DNA of 64,000 bases from positions 216,752,001-216,816,000 of the forward strand of contig OZ024741.1 in the NCBI GenBank assembly GCA_964016885.1. The letters are read 5' to 3'. Numbering within the stretch: the first letter of the stretch is position 1; every line of letters starts with the position of its first letter. This document shows, piece by piece, positions 12,565 to 26,250 of this stretch. The position numbers and the translations under genes were made by a program. The notes under the pieces were generated by a model that made no database searches, was not told where the DNA came from, and saw only the letters and a list, made by a program, of their open reading frames with translations. The stretch is from Eledone cirrhosa (lineage: Eukaryota).

Positions 12565-12637
12565 GGTTTCATGGTGTAGTGGTTATCACATCTGCTTAAC
12601 ACGTAGAAGGTCGTGAGTTCGAAACTCGCTAGAACTT
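12565..12637 (+). tRNA. tRNA-Val(AAC)-like gene or pseudogene
   Basis: GGTTTCATGGTGTAGTGGTTATCACATCTGC TTAACAC GTAGAAGGTCGTGAGTTCGAAACTCGCTAGAACT followed by a T-run; acceptor stem imperfect. Confidence 0.6.
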
Positions 12638-12906
12638 ATTTTTGTGTGTAAATATTTTTTAGGGTTTTTTTTTATATTTGAATCTTTATCTTATTCTCTT
12701 ATTTAAGATGCTATTGAATATTTCACAACAAAATGTCAGCTCTAAACACATTCAACTATTTATACTGGTACATTAGAACGAGATGTTATTTATAAATACT
12801 AGCAGAAAAACCGCAGCGGGTGGTTTTCTGCTAGCATATGTAGTGTGTATATTGGTATTATACGCAAATATATATATTAATAAATTGAAAAGTACATTGA
12901 CAATAT

Positions 12907-13565
12907 CTTCTTCTTCGCCCACTTATTTCTGAGATGGTCGTGGGGGCAGAGTCCTTCTCAAACACTCCTTCCAGCGAGTCTGTCAGAAGAAAACATCTCT
13001 AACTGATCCAGCTGGATCCCAAAGTGTGACAAGCCAAGTTCATGAATGTTATCCAACTATCTTGCTCATGGTCTACCTCTGGGTCTCTTGCCGGTTGGTT
13101 TTGCCTGTAAAATGTGTCCAGAGACATTCTAACCACATGCTCATAGTATCGGAGTTGTGATCTCTCAATTCGGAGAGGTAGCGGCTCTACCAGGAGTGAC
13201 CCTCTGGTCTCTGAGCTATGCACTTTATCGAGTAACGTTACTCCAAAGACCCTTCGGAGGAATCCCATTTCTGTCGCTTTTATTTGCAATTGTATTCTTT
13301 TGGTCATTACTCAAGATTCATGATCCTCGGTAAGAGTTGGCAGGAATACCAGGAAGACAGCGAGTTTGGCTTTTACACCTACCCCCCTTCATCTGATTAC
13401 TGAATGCTGAGGCTGGCGCATTACTGCATCAGCTTTTCCAATTCTTGCACTTAATTCAGCCTCCTGCATTCCATCACTCATGAGCGCAGCTCCAAGATAC
13501 TTGAACTTCTCTAACTGCCTCAGTAGAACTCCATTTACATGTATATAAATTTGAGGGACTTCTGT
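12907..13565 (-). mobile_element. RTE-clade LINE 3' fragment
   Basis: FKYLG, EMGFLRRVFGVTLLDKV..IERSQLRYYEHVVRM; (GAA)n tail. Confidence 0.85.
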
Positions 13566-13744
13566 CCACCCGTCCATCACAAAATATGTATGTGTGTGTA
13601 AAAGGAAGGAAAGGGATACACATATATATATGTCTCTAACTTTAAAACAGTGACACCCTCCTACACACACACACACATGTTTCTAATTTAAGAACGCCGA
13701 CAAAATCACGCGCGTCCACATACACACATTGTCCTATTACCACT

Positions 13745-14450
13745 TAAGAGCTTTGGCCCAGGCAAACATCCCCTCAATTTTGGAACCGTTTGGGTTGTCC
13801 TGAATTGATGGGAAAAGACTTGACGGTCTTACTCTGTGCTCCTGGTCAAGAGGCAGGTGCCTTACCCTTGGACGTCACAGTTAGTAACACTTTTGCTTCT
13901 TCCCACATTCTGGATGCAGATGTAAGGGCACAGATGTAAGCCACAGCATCCGCAGCTGAATGGAACAAAATCCTAAAATACCGTGTTCTGTCAGATAACT
14001 ACATTATCCAGCCTGTGGCGTTCGAGACGTTTGAGAGAGTCGGGCTACTGACAGCGAGGTTCTTATCTTCACTGTCGACTCGCCTAACAGAGGTAACTGG
14101 TGATGCTCGTGAGAGCACTTGGTTGTTTCAGCACCTCAGCCTCGCCATCACCCCAGGTAACGCTGCGAGCGTGCTGGCTTGCCTCAAAAATTATTAGAGA
14201 AGTTTCCCAGTGCTCCTCGCTATACTGCTATCTTTTGCTCTGGTAGCGGCTCGTTTTCCCACTCTTTCGCCTGCATATTATTCTATGTGGTCTAAGATGT
14301 GTGTATTACCTGCTTGTGTATTTTTTCTATTTCTTTTTTTTTTCTCTTTCCTTTGTATATATTATGTTTGTTAGTGTTTTTGTTCTGTAAGCATTATATT
14401 AAATTGTTATACAAATGAGTTAAATAGTGTTGTTAATAAATAAATAAAAC
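13745..14450 (+). mobile_element. CRE-like non-LTR retrotransposon 3' end (restriction-like endonuclease)
   Basis: EPFGL..DGKRLDG..W..G...WDVT..AAEWNKILKY..PVAFETF..FQHLSLAI.PGNAASVL; (AATA)n tail. Confidence 0.75.
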
Positions 14451-15304
14451 GTTTTACTTGTTTTACCTACCCCTTTCCAATTCATCGAACGCTATCATCA
14501 CTGTATGTGTGTGTTTGTGAAAATGTATATGTGTGAAAGTATGCGTATTTGTGTGAGTGTATGTCCGTGAGCATGTATTTTTATAAGTTTGTGTTTCCGC
14601 GATTATAGTTATATACTCATAATAGTTATATATTCATACATATAGATGTATGCATGTGCACACTCATACGCGTCAGCGTGTAGAAAATCATAATCTCTCT
14701 ATCTCTCTCATCACACACTCTCACTTTCTATATATATGATAGTTGAGGTGGTGATGGTGGCGACGATATACCGGAAGTGTAGACATGTGTAACTTTGAAA
14801 AGAAGTAAATTTCTAATTATTTATGTTTACGAAATTTAGTTACGAAATTTAGTACATAAATGATGTAATATTCATTCAAAGTAATCAACTTCTTTTACTA
14901 ACTGGATTAAAAGAAATACCCCGTACGCAGTCCTGCAGTCTTTACTTTATTATAGTTTTGATAAGTTGAGAATAAAGAGATTTGACATACAAGCTACGTA
15001 TAATACACAATTATTTGACCAAACGTACGTCCACCATTCCATATTGTATCACTTATCACATCTGCTTTACAAGCTGACCACTGTGAGTTCGAAATTCAAC
15101 GGAATATTTCAGGTGAATTTATTTTTGGTTTTCTGAATTTTATCTTCAAATATTTCGGTAAAATATTACTGTTGAAAATAATTTTGATAAAATATATTTG
15201 TAAAAGACAGAATTCTAGAGTTTGGTCAGTACTAGAAAGTTTTTTATTATAAATAGCTGAAACTGTCAAATTCTCGGTAGATACTCTACATATTGTCTAC
15301 ATGT

Positions 15305-15376
15305 GGTTCCATGGTGTAGTTGTTATCACGTCTGCTTCGCACGCAGAAGGTTGCGGTTCGAAACACGTTGGAACCT
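15305..15376 (+). pseudogene. tRNA-Val-derived pseudogene (anticodon now CGC, probably from CAC)
   Basis: Paralogous to 12205-12277 including flanks. Confidence 0.7.
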
Positions 15377-15676
15377 GTGTGCCTGGTTTAATTTTTTTCA
15401 ATTCATGTGGTGTTGTTTGTGTTAGAGGCTCAGCTATTTCTTCCGTTTATCTATACGATGATTTCAATATCCAGTGTTGTATATATTACCTATGATGGAA
15501 GGGGGATGACCTGTCTTATACAACACTACCAACCTTAGTAGCTAAAGACAAGTAACCCGTCATATCCTAGTAATTAGATTGTTAATCAACTATTTCTAAA
15601 TTTACTCATGTTTAGCTAAATTGAAACAAATGTAAAAGTGTTTGATAAGGCAATAAATGTAACATAATAACCATGT

Positions 15677-15749
15677 GGTTCCATGGTGTAGTAGTTATCA
15701 CATCTGCTTAACACGCAGAAGGTTATGATTTCGAATCTTGCTGGAGCCT
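15677..15749 (+). pseudogene. tRNA-Val(AAC) pseudogene
   Basis: Paralogous to 12565-12637; A and B boxes mutated. Confidence 0.7.
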
Positions 15750-15920
15750 ATATTGTTGTGTAAATGTTTTTAGAGTATTTTATATTTGTGTCTTGAACGT
15801 TTTCCTTCATTTTAGATGTTACTTCTTATTATACCATTATTGAAAAGCCAGGTATATAGATTAGGTTTGACTATGAAATTCATCAGGTGTTATGTTCAAG
15901 TATAGAACACATTTGTAGGT

Positions 15921-16478
15921 CTTCTTCTTATCGTGTCCACAAGAGTGTCAGTGACAAAGCTTGGCTAGATGTGGTTCCGCTCCACATTAACACATTGCTG
16001 TCCTTTCTCATTAAACTCTGCCAAGTCCAATACTGTGCAGGGGTGTTTCAGTAGGGGACATATCAGGAGGTGCTGCGTAGCCTATGGTTCGATACCGCAG
16101 TCACACATGTCCCATCCTTTAAATATCCCCATTTTGCAAGATTGACTTTTGCACGTCCAACACCAGATCTTAATCTGTTGAGGCATTTCCAGACTGCATA
16201 GTTTGTAACTGCTCCAGGGGCAGTGGCTCGCTCGCCTTTAGCTCCATTGTTAGATGGGAGGCTGTTAAGTTCTTCTTCCCAGCGGGTGACTGCTTCACTA
16301 CTTATACTTGATGCTCCAAAGGGTGTGACACTCTTTAGGAAAGTTTTCCTAGATTTAAGGGCGGCTTTTGGCTGGCACATGGCCGAAGAGAGGGTGTTTT
16401 TAATCTCTATTCTGTTGTTGACGCTCTTTCTTGCTTGCTGCACTTCGTCGTATCTCTGGTGATTGACACATCTCCTTA
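15921..16478 (-). mobile_element. LINE 3' fragment (RTE-X/I-group-like C-terminal Cys region)
   Basis: WKCLNRLRSGVGR..NLAKWGY...C motif; short (GAA)n tail. Confidence 0.65.
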
Positions 16479-17030
16479 GCACCCAGAAGGAGCGTTACTC
16501 TGATCTCCGAGCTTCGCACCCTATTGAGTAACGTTATTCCAAAGACCCTACGGAAGAATCCTATTTCGGTCGCTTGTATTCGCGATAGCATTCTTTCGGT
16601 CATTACCTCAAATTCCTGACCATAGGTAAGGGTTGGCACGAATACTGAATTAAAAATGGCAAGTTTGACTTTTACACCTACTTCCCTAAGTAAGTGAAGC
16701 TACTTTACCGGGAAGGGTTAACAAGATCCCTCAATAACTGTTGCAATCTTTCATGTCTCCCCTTTTGAAAATTGGGACTATCACTCCTGATTGCCATTGC
16801 TCAGGTGCCATTTCCACGCGTGAATCAACCAGAGAATACCTTCTCTATTTAAGACTTTTAACACCTCGAACTGAATTTCATCCTCCCCAGCGGCCTTGCC
16901 ACATTTGAGCTCTTTAATTGTTCTTGTGACCTCAGCCTTCGAGACATTAGCCATCAGTCCCAGCCTCCGACAGATTAGCCATCGGTCCCAGATGCACCTC
17001 GAGTACATCAGAAAATGCTGTTGTCACCAT
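16479..17030 (-). mobile_element. RTE-clade LINE fragments
   Basis: PTLTYGQE..EIGFFRRVFGITLLNRVRS and EV..IKELKCGKAAGEDEI..EVLK. Confidence 0.75.
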
Positions 17031-17084
17031 TCAAATATAATGACTTTTAAATCAGGCACAAGACGAACAATATTTTACAGTGGA

Positions 17085-17277
17085 GACGGAAGGAGGAGAG
17101 TAAATACGATTAAACCAACCCCCAGTACTTGACTGGTACTTATTTTATCGACACGAAATTTATCGATAAAAAGTTAAGTTGACTTTGGTGAGTTTTGAAC
17201 TCAGAGTGTAGAGATCCAAAACCAATACCGTATAAATGCTATCATGTTGTCTTATCGACTCTGCCAATTCACCACCA
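17085..17277 (-). mobile_element. Degenerate Nin-domain SINE
   Basis: CTGGTACTTATTTTATCGAC and TTTGAACTCAGA. Confidence 0.65.
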
Positions 17278-17627
17278 AAAGTAGTTTATTAAAAAAATAA
17301 TAACTTGTTTATTAGGTTAGAAATTACTAATGATTATAAAGTTGTTGATTTTTTTTTTTTTCAAGAGTATGAAATTTAATTAGCCATGTAGACAATATAG
17401 AAGGTAAATCAAAGCAACACAACACAATAACATTTATTCATTTGATTTAACGAAGCATTCATAATTTTCAAGTAAAACAAAAGAATTTTGAAAAGATCCC
17501 GCGTTATTTTGAGAGTTATTTTTTTTAAGTCGTTATTTCGTTTGCTGTGACGGTGAGCAGTTTCGTGTTGGTGTCAAAAGGGAAGACACTTAAAATCGGT
17601 CAAATATGATGTATTTCGGGAAAGTAG

Positions 17628-17719
17628 GACACTGAGTGGCCGAATTGGTAAAGAGTCGGTTTGAATGTCTGTCAATTATGTATCTTCATGTTGTGTGTTC
17701 AAATCTCGCCGGGGAGTCG
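17628..17719 (+). pseudogene. Degenerate tRNA-like sequence (Ser/Leu type, long variable arm)
   Basis: GAC..GTGGCCGAATTGG A box, GTTCAAATC B box, terminal GTCG. Confidence 0.4.
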
Positions 17720-18881
17720 ATTTTGTTTTTCATTCTTCTGAGCACGATTAAATATGTATTAGTAGACGCAAAATATTTAAGATATTTTTTCTATTGTTTA
17801 AAGATTGCGTTTTTATTTAATCAGACAATAAGTATTTAGGATAAAATTACATAAAAATAATAAAGAATTTAATATTTAGTCAAACATATAGAAAAAGAAA
17901 ATGGTATTGGAAAAGACTATTAGAACAGGAAGGAAAGAGTAAGGATTATTAGGCAACGAAAGAAAGGATGGAGGGAGGTGACAGACCCTACATCTAAGTA
18001 AGAGGGGTGTTTTGACTGCAGTCACCGGACAAAATGGCAATGCCATTACTGTGGACAATGGTCACTGACACCCGCTGCAACAACCACCCCACCCCGCGGA
18101 GCTCCTTCCTCAGACGTACTGATGTCATTCTGATTTTTCACTTCACAATTGTAAGTCCATGGGTTTGATCCCAGTCCGTGTTATCTGGAGCGAGTAATTT
18201 TTTTACCATAGCCTCAGATTGACAGAGATGCCTTGTGCGTGAAATTGAGTAGACAGAAACTGTACGGAAGCCCGTCATATGGATTTTTTCCTGTAATTCA
18301 AAGTATCGGCCATAGCACAAATCCTGCCATACTGATTCGGCATGGAAATAACGTGGAGGGTACACGTGCCTGTAGAATACTTGGCCACTTACGCATCATT
18401 TCACAATTTGGGCCTTCAGTTACTCGACCAACTGCTTACTCATCGACGAAACCGGCGGAAGATCCCTCACCCGAGAGATACTGAGATTGATTTTATCAAT
18501 TCTATCTCACATTCGATAAATTTCTCAGATCTTTTGTGGTAATATGAGCAAATAAGAGATTGAAATGGTGCTAGAGGGAAAAAGGTAATTATTTGGAAAA
18601 CGTGATCTATCGATGTTGGTTCGATCCCGTTTAAAGTAGCTTCACTTACTTAACTTAGATTACTTTACTAAAATCAATACCCTGCGGGTATAGCGATGAC
18701 GGTCACCTAATATCCTCAGAGAATTCGTCTTATAATTCACACTCATTACTCAGTGCTTCCCAGACACACAGACACGGGTCTAATTTTTCAGTCCACTGTA
18801 GAAGCAAATGCATACATATACACACATATATACAAACATATATATCTATATACATATATCATACACACACACACATACATT

Positions 18882-18944
<63 letters not shown>

Positions 18945-20429
18945 AATGTGGAGAGGAAGCACACGAGTTAGGATATATATATATATATATATATATATGA
19001 AAACAGGGAGAAAGAGACGATTATTAGGAAGAAAAATATATTTGTTTCCTTTTTTTGTTTCTCTCTCTCTCTTTTCTGGGTTAGAAAATGATTAAAACGA
19101 AATGTTTTACTTTGTGTGAAGTGTTAAGGTATTAGCTAATTTATTTATTATTTAACAATGGCATTTATTTATCTATTTATATATTTAATTATTGTCTATT
19201 ACCGGTTTCAGCATTTTTATGCATTATCAAATGATAGTGAAATGTATTAGTGTGGTGTCGCACATGTTAAACAGAAGGTGCAGAAAGAATAATGTTATTT
19301 ACAAACAAGCTTTATGAAGTGAAAAGAAAAAAGAAAAAGGAAAAAGAACGTGCATGATGTGGAACATAAAAAGTCAATGTGGAAGAAAAAGTAATATTAT
19401 TTACAAGCAAAGTCATTGAAGTTAAGCAGATCAAAGTGTGTTAATATAGCAAGAGTGCTTAGTTGATCCATGATTCCGTGCGGAATCATGGATCAACTCA
19501 ATTCATATTATTACTCACCACAACATTATTCATTCTTCCATCTTTCATATCATTGGCCATAAAAATTATTTTGTTAATACATTATAATGTTACCATTAGA
19601 AGTCCTTCGTAAACATATAAACTTTTGACGTTAGATTTTTTTTCTTCATTAAATTTTTCATATCTCTTCCATCCTTTCATGCTCGTTTTAAACCTACTAC
19701 TTAATTTGACTTTTACATAAAAACAAACTTAAGCTCTAACTAATTTCTTTTAATATATTATATTATTACCATTAGAAAATATTTCGTAAACATATATACT
19801 TTTTGATGTTAGATATTTTCTTCCTTAAACATTCTTTTCTTCTTTCCTTCCGCTCATTTTAAACAAACTATTTACGTACACATATTACATTACATTACAT
19901 AAAAACTTAAACCCTAACTAATTCCTCTAAATTCATAACTCATTCATTCTTCTCCTTCTTTTCACATTATATCCTTAATATCATTAATATTTTTATTTTA
20001 ATAATACATATTAATAAATTCTTTTCTTCGCACATATTATTAAACCCTTCAATATACAAATCTTAATTTAATACTATTCTTAATTCCTTTTTCTTCATGC
20101 ATAAACCTCATTAACTTTTAATTTCAAAATCTTTAAAATTATCTATTATCTTCCAACGGCTTTTTAATTTCTCTTTGTGAGACAATATTTTTTTCTCAGT
20201 TGTAAAGGCTATCTCTCTCTCACTCTATCACCCATCTCTCCTCCTCTCTCATCCTTCCTTCTTATACTCCTCCCCCACCATCCTTTACTCTTATTTCTTC
20301 ATCTTCCTTACCTTTTCCAACCCCCTCACTTTTTCCCAATCTCATACATCAATCTTAATTTATTTTTCATATGTTGATTTAAAACTTCACTATTCACAAG
20401 TGTTTTTTAAGCTTCATATCATGTCTTCC

Positions 20430-20500
20430 TATTTTATCTGATGAGAACGCAGATGTCATCCCATGATGATATTTGTTTTTGAAATGCGCACAATAAAATA
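20430..20500 (+). ncRNA. Hammerhead ribozyme motif (U16.1 mutated)
   Basis: TATTTTAT-CTGATGA-long stem II-GAAA-TGCGCA-CA-ATAAAATA. Confidence 0.6.
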
Positions 20501-20530
20501 CTTGGAACTCTTTTAACCATCTTTTGATCT

Positions 20531-20562
<32 letters not shown>

Positions 20563-20567
<5 letters not shown>

Positions 20568-20769
20568 AACGAGTAGGACCCCGACGGCTGAGCTCAAGCC
20601 GTTTCGACGGCTAATTCTGGACTAAATTTAGTCCAGAATTAGCCGTCGAAACGGCTTGAGCTCAGCCGTCGGGGTCCTACTCGTTCCTATTACCCACTCT
20701 ACTACCCTAAGTATTGAGTACTTTGGTGCGTTATGGTCCACCTGGTTCCTTACCACATTTCCTCCGTTA
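20563..20769 (+). mobile_element. Perfect 128-bp palindrome with a ~79-bp tail, inserted in (TA)n
   Basis: 20563-20690 is self-complementary with no spacer (centre 20626/20627); a related copy lies at 26053-26253. Confidence 0.85.
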
Positions 20770-20981
20770 TATATATATATATATATATCTTTTCTCTCTG
20801 TTGTTCTGCTCTCTCTCTTTCTCTTTCTCCGTAACCCAACGGCTTATTTTAAAAATATCCAATACTAACTTACCTAATAGTATAATTAAAGATATAACTC
20901 CACTATCCGGGAGCTTCCAACAGTAATGGTTGCATTCTTTAAGGGTATGTCAATATTTATTTATAAAACTGCTCTATATTA

Positions 20982-21046
20982 TATTTTATCTGATGAAAGC
21001 ACACCATAATTTAACTTGGTGTCCTTGAAATATGTATAATGAAATA
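20982..21046 (+). ncRNA. Minimal hammerhead ribozyme (family A)
   Basis: TATTTTAT-CTGATGA-AAGCACACCA..TGGTGTCCTT-GAAA-TATGTA-TA-ATGAAATA. Confidence 0.8.
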
Positions 21047-21173
21047 AATATGGTTTTATAAATATAGTTTCCATTTGTTAATATCGTATTTTTACTCCAA
21101 TTATTTGTTGAGTGCTTTATATCAGTTATAAAAATATTTGCTTGTGGTATCCCAACAATTTAAATAGAACTTT

Positions 21174-21249
<76 letters not shown>

Positions 21250-21257
21250 CATGTATT

Positions 21258-21354
<97 letters not shown>

Positions 21355-21786
21355 CATGTATTATACATATATATATATATGTATCATATGCATTATAAAT
21401 ATCTCTGTGTGTGTATATGAGAGAGGGAGAGAGCAAGTGTGCGAATGTGTGTGTGTGTATCTGACGGGCTTTTACACGATTCTGGTATATATCTACTTCG
21501 TAGCCGCTTAATGGAAAGTAACCAAACCACACCCCGCAGTCTTATCAACATTGGGATATGCTCCAACAAACAAACACAAGTGTGTAGAAAGGGAGTCATT
21601 GTTTTTCAGTGTCAATAGAATATTGTCTCAGACCGTTTAAGTGATGTTATCTCCCTTGTAAACCACTCTTCAATTATACCATTAATTCTTATCATGTCTA
21701 TTGTAAAACAAAACCCGTCACCGGAGTCTTCAATGCAAAAATATAGGAGCCCCTTCATTACGACATTTCGAATCAAAAGTGACAGT

Positions 21787-22255
21787 CTTCTTCTTCTTCT
21801 TCTTCTTCTTCTTCTTCTTCTTCTTCTTCTTCTTCGCTCACTTATTCCCGAGAGGGCCGTGGGGGAAGAGTCCTCAAACACTCCTTCCAGAGGGTCCTGT
21901 CAGAAGCAACCGTCTCCAAGTGATCCGGCTGGATCACCCAAGCGAGATCAGCCGAGCTCATGGATGTTATCCAGCCCTCTTGCTCGGAGTCTACCCCTGG
22001 GTCACCTGCCGGTTGGTTTTGCCCATAAAATCTGTCCAGCGATTATTTGCTGAGACATTCTAACCACGTGCCCATAGTATCAGAGCTGTAATCTCTCAAT
22101 TCGGAGAAGTAGCGGCTCTAGCTGGAGTGAGTCTCTGATCTCCAAGCTACGCAATCAATCGAGTAAAGTTACCCCAAAGACCCTTTGGATGAACCCTATT
22201 TCTGCCGCTTGTATTCGCGATCGTATTCTTTCGGTTATTACGCAAGATTCATAAG
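21787..22255 (-). mobile_element. RTE-clade LINE 3' fragment with (GAA)n tail
   Basis: Homologous to 12907-13330; long (CTT)n at 21787-21835. Confidence 0.85.
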
Positions 22256-22494
22256 TAAGAGAGACAATCTATTTATTTTAATTAATTGCGAAAATAAAAA
22301 TAATAATGTGGTGTAATTTAGTAAAATAAGGAACCTTTTCATGATCAACATGTAAGGAATATCAAAATAACTTCTTATAGAAAATTAAGATGGAACTTTT
22401 TTCTATGAGAACACATTAAAACGGGTTGTAAAAGATAACATAGAACTAGGGGCGGATTCAGGCGGGTTGGTATCAAAAGGGTTGATTAATCATT

Positions 22495-22950
22495 GGTTTC
22501 TTATATAGGCACAAGGCCAGCAATTTTTGGGGAGGGGAAAATCGATTAAATCGACCCCAGTGCATGACTGGTACTTTATTTTTTTAAGGATGAAAGACAA
22601 AGTGGTGGTATTTGAACTCAGATCATAAAGGGCCGTAACTCTTTGTTGCAAAGCATGGCGTCCGACCCTCTACCGATACCGCCAATCCATCGCCCTTGAT
22701 TAATCATTAAAATTAAAAGCAAGTAGTTTGTTTCTTGGGTGCCTTGTGCTCTGCGTCCAATTACCATAATTCATATGAGGAACATCTAAGATTACATTAT
22801 CTGATGTACTTTTTCGTCTCTTCAGATTCTGAGTTCAGATCCCGCATAAATCAACTTCACTTTTCATCCTTCAGAGTTCGATAAAATACAAAGTAGCAGT
22901 TAAGTACTGAGATCAATATAATCACCTGTTTCCTCTCCCCCACTCCTCTC
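22495..22950. mobile_element. Two Nin-domain SINEs (minus 22495-22695; plus ~22820-22950)
   Basis: Nin core and B-box matches. Confidence 0.7.
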
Positions 22951-23654
22951 TTCACACAGAAAGATGTAATTAAAGAACTCTTAAAAGATGTAATTTAAGA
23001 ACTCTTCCTAGCAGGTCAAGCGTTGGCTTGAGATAGAGTGTTTACCAGTTGAAGACGGTGAAGGATCTGTGACCATAGCTTATGCACTTGCACTGGGACA
23101 GGGCGCCCATAGTCAAAATATGTTTATACTAATTTGCACTGGGACTGAGATATAATTTGCAGTAAAGGGTGGGTCATTTTTGTTTATCTTTTGTCTTTTG
23201 TTTATTTAACGACACTTCTTTCAAACCTTAGCATTGTAACCGAACCAACAAGAATCGTCAGTGTGTGAAATTCTCAAAGTACCCCCCTAATGTACCACTC
23301 CTGAAAATTTATGGAAAATAAAAAATATATACGATAGTGATAATGATAATGAAAATATATATACCTTATCTCAATTAAAGCTGTTATGAAAAGAAAACGA
23401 TTTTATTTTTCAACACCGGGATAGTTAGAGTTATTCAAGTATTAACCATTCTAAAACATATACTTATTTTTATTATCCTTGTGAGTATTATTATTGGTGT
23501 TTTTATTATCATTATATTTTATTATCTTTCTTTTATTTACTGATAAATACACGCCCTACTGAATGTAATCTGAGTGTTAATTCCCCAGATTAATATATAT
23601 ATGTTTCTCTCTTGCCTTCTCTCCCACCACATACCTATATCTCTATATACCTCT

Positions 23655-23736
<82 letters not shown>

Positions 23737-24154
23737 CTGTAATGAAAATATATTGTTCACATCAACATCTCTTTAAATTATACACGCTTCTGGGATGTAT
23801 ATCACATTGGTCAGGTATGGTAAATCTATACGATATACAAAAGAAAAAAATAATGAAAAATCCATTCAACAATGAATAAAACACATTTTAAGAAATAAAA
23901 CCTCATAATTTAAAGCTTCTAATGGACTATAAAGCATTCAAGATATGTTTATAGTAATTCTAAAATTTTATGATTTAACTCCACCCAAGTATAATCTGAT
24001 CCAAGGACTTTGTGTGGAGGAGAAAAATCCGTTAATATTCATATAATAAAGAAACGTCCTTATGACTGACGTTCCCTTATAATTGAACAATAGATTTACT
24101 TCAACAACTCAGATGATACAATAGTATTTATTGCACGAATTGAACCAAATAATA

Positions 24155-24862
24155 TGCAGCATTCAGTTACGGCTCCTTACGATCTGAGTTCAAATCCCAC
24201 CGATGTTAACTTTGCCTTTCATACTTCCGAGATCATTAAAATAAAGTACCAGTTAAGTGCTGGGGTTGATATAATCAACTTTGCTTTCCCTCAAATAACT
24301 AACCTTTTGCCAAAATTAGAAACCATTAAAAAGCTAACACAAATTGTCAGAATTGTTAGAGGGTCGGACAATATATTTTGTGGCATTTAGTTGTGGCCCT
24401 TTTATATTTTGAGTTCAAATTCCACCAAGATGAGCTTTGCCTTTCATCCTTCCGGGGTCAATAAAATAAAGTACCAGTTAAGTACTGGGGTTGATATAAT
24501 GAGCTTTCCATTTGCTCCAAGATTATTGGTTGTGTGCCTAGATTAGAATCAAATATTTATTGCACAAAATTAATTTCAAAAGCATGGCTGTTCCGTTCAT
24601 CGAAAAACTGGACACTCATCGCCGAAACCGACGGAAATCTATTCCATTCCATTCTACACTTAAAATGGCTTCTAATTTAGGCACAATCCAACAATTTTGG
24701 GGGATGGAACAGTCGATTAAATTTACCCCAGTACGTTACTGATAATTTATTTTATCGAGCAGGTAAAGCTACCCTCAGCGGGATTTGAACTTAGAGCACA
24801 AAGGGACGTAACTATATGCTGCAAAGCATGTTGTCCGACGCTCTACCGAAATTGCCAACCCA
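24155..24862. mobile_element. Cluster of three Nin-domain SINEs (two plus, one minus)
   Basis: Nin cores near 24210, 24440 and 24740. Confidence 0.75.
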
Positions 24863-24876
24863 CAACCCACAACCTA

Positions 24877-25154
24877 TAACAACAACAACAATGGCAACAA
24901 CAATGACAACATTAATACAAAGATCGGTACCATCGGACTAAGGACAATAACAACAACAGCTCCCTTCGAGCTAATCGTCAGGACAGACATCAGAATATGA
25001 CCGGGATCTAAACAACAATAACCTTGATGACCACAACAACAATGACAACAATAACAACCACGATGACAACGACAATGACAACAACAACAACTACGATGAC
25101 GACAACAACACCTATGACAACATTTATGCAAAGACGGCACCATCTGGTGAAGGT

Positions 25155-25188
<34 letters not shown>

Positions 25189-25202
25189 ATCAAACACAAC
25201 AT

Positions 25203-25275
<73 letters not shown>

Positions 25276-25298
25276 ATCAACAACAATAACAACAACAT

Positions 25299-25329
<31 letters not shown>

Positions 25330-25445
25330 ATCAACAGCAACAATAGCAGCAACAACAACAACAACGACAACAGCAACAGCAACAACAACAGCAACAACAA
25401 CAACAACAACGGCAAAAACAACAACAGCAACAACAACAGCAACAA

Positions 25446-25477
<32 letters not shown>

Positions 25478-25524
25478 ACAACAACAATAAAAACAACAAC
25501 AGCAACAGCAACAACAACAACAGC

Positions 25525-25556
<32 letters not shown>

Positions 25557-25631
25557 CGGCAACAACAACAGCAACAACAACAATAACAACAGCAACAACA
25601 ACAGCAACAACAACAACAACACCAACAACAA

Positions 25632-25663
<32 letters not shown>

Positions 25664-25765
25664 ACAACAATAACAACAGCAACAATAACAACAACAACAG
25701 CAACAGCAACAACAACAGCAACGGCAAAAACAATAAAGGCAACAACAACAAAGGCAACAACAACC
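24877..25765 (+). repeat. Compound (AAC/ATC/AGC)n trinucleotide low-complexity tract
   Basis: Direct reading. Confidence 0.95.
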
Positions 25766-26052
25766 TTTGTACAAAGATCTGCACGATTTGACCAAGGACA
25801 GAAGATGATATAAAGTATGTAGCCAACAGTCACGACAGACATCAAAATTTACAAATTTGAGCGACCTAACTGTCATGATTCTGTGCTATATCTTTCTGAC
25901 ATCATACTATCATCCCAATCTTAAATCTTCCTCTACTCTCTTTTCTCTCCCTTTTTCTTTTCTTCCCTCTTCTCTCTCTCGCCCCCCCCCCCCCCCATCT
26001 CTCTCCCTCTCCCTCTCTCTACATATATATATATATATATATCTATATATAT

Positions 26053-26250
26053 ATAGAAACAAGTATGACCCCGACGGCAGAGCTCAAGCTGTTTCGACGG
26101 CTATTTCTGGCTATTTCCGTCCAGAAATAGCCGTCGAAACGGCTTGGGCTCTGCCGTCGGGGTCATACATGTTCCTATTACCCTACTACACTAAGTATTA
26201 AGTACTTTGGTGCGTTATGGTCCATCTTGTTCCTTACCACAATTCCTTCG

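Noticed and set aside
19195-19240. HHR-like motif on the minus strand (TTGATAA..GAAA-CCGG-TA)
   Set aside because: Two core mutations and a weak stem I; at best a relic
24874-25876. Poly-N/V/L/C ORFs
   Set aside because: Translations of an (AAC)n tract; no splice or domain evidence
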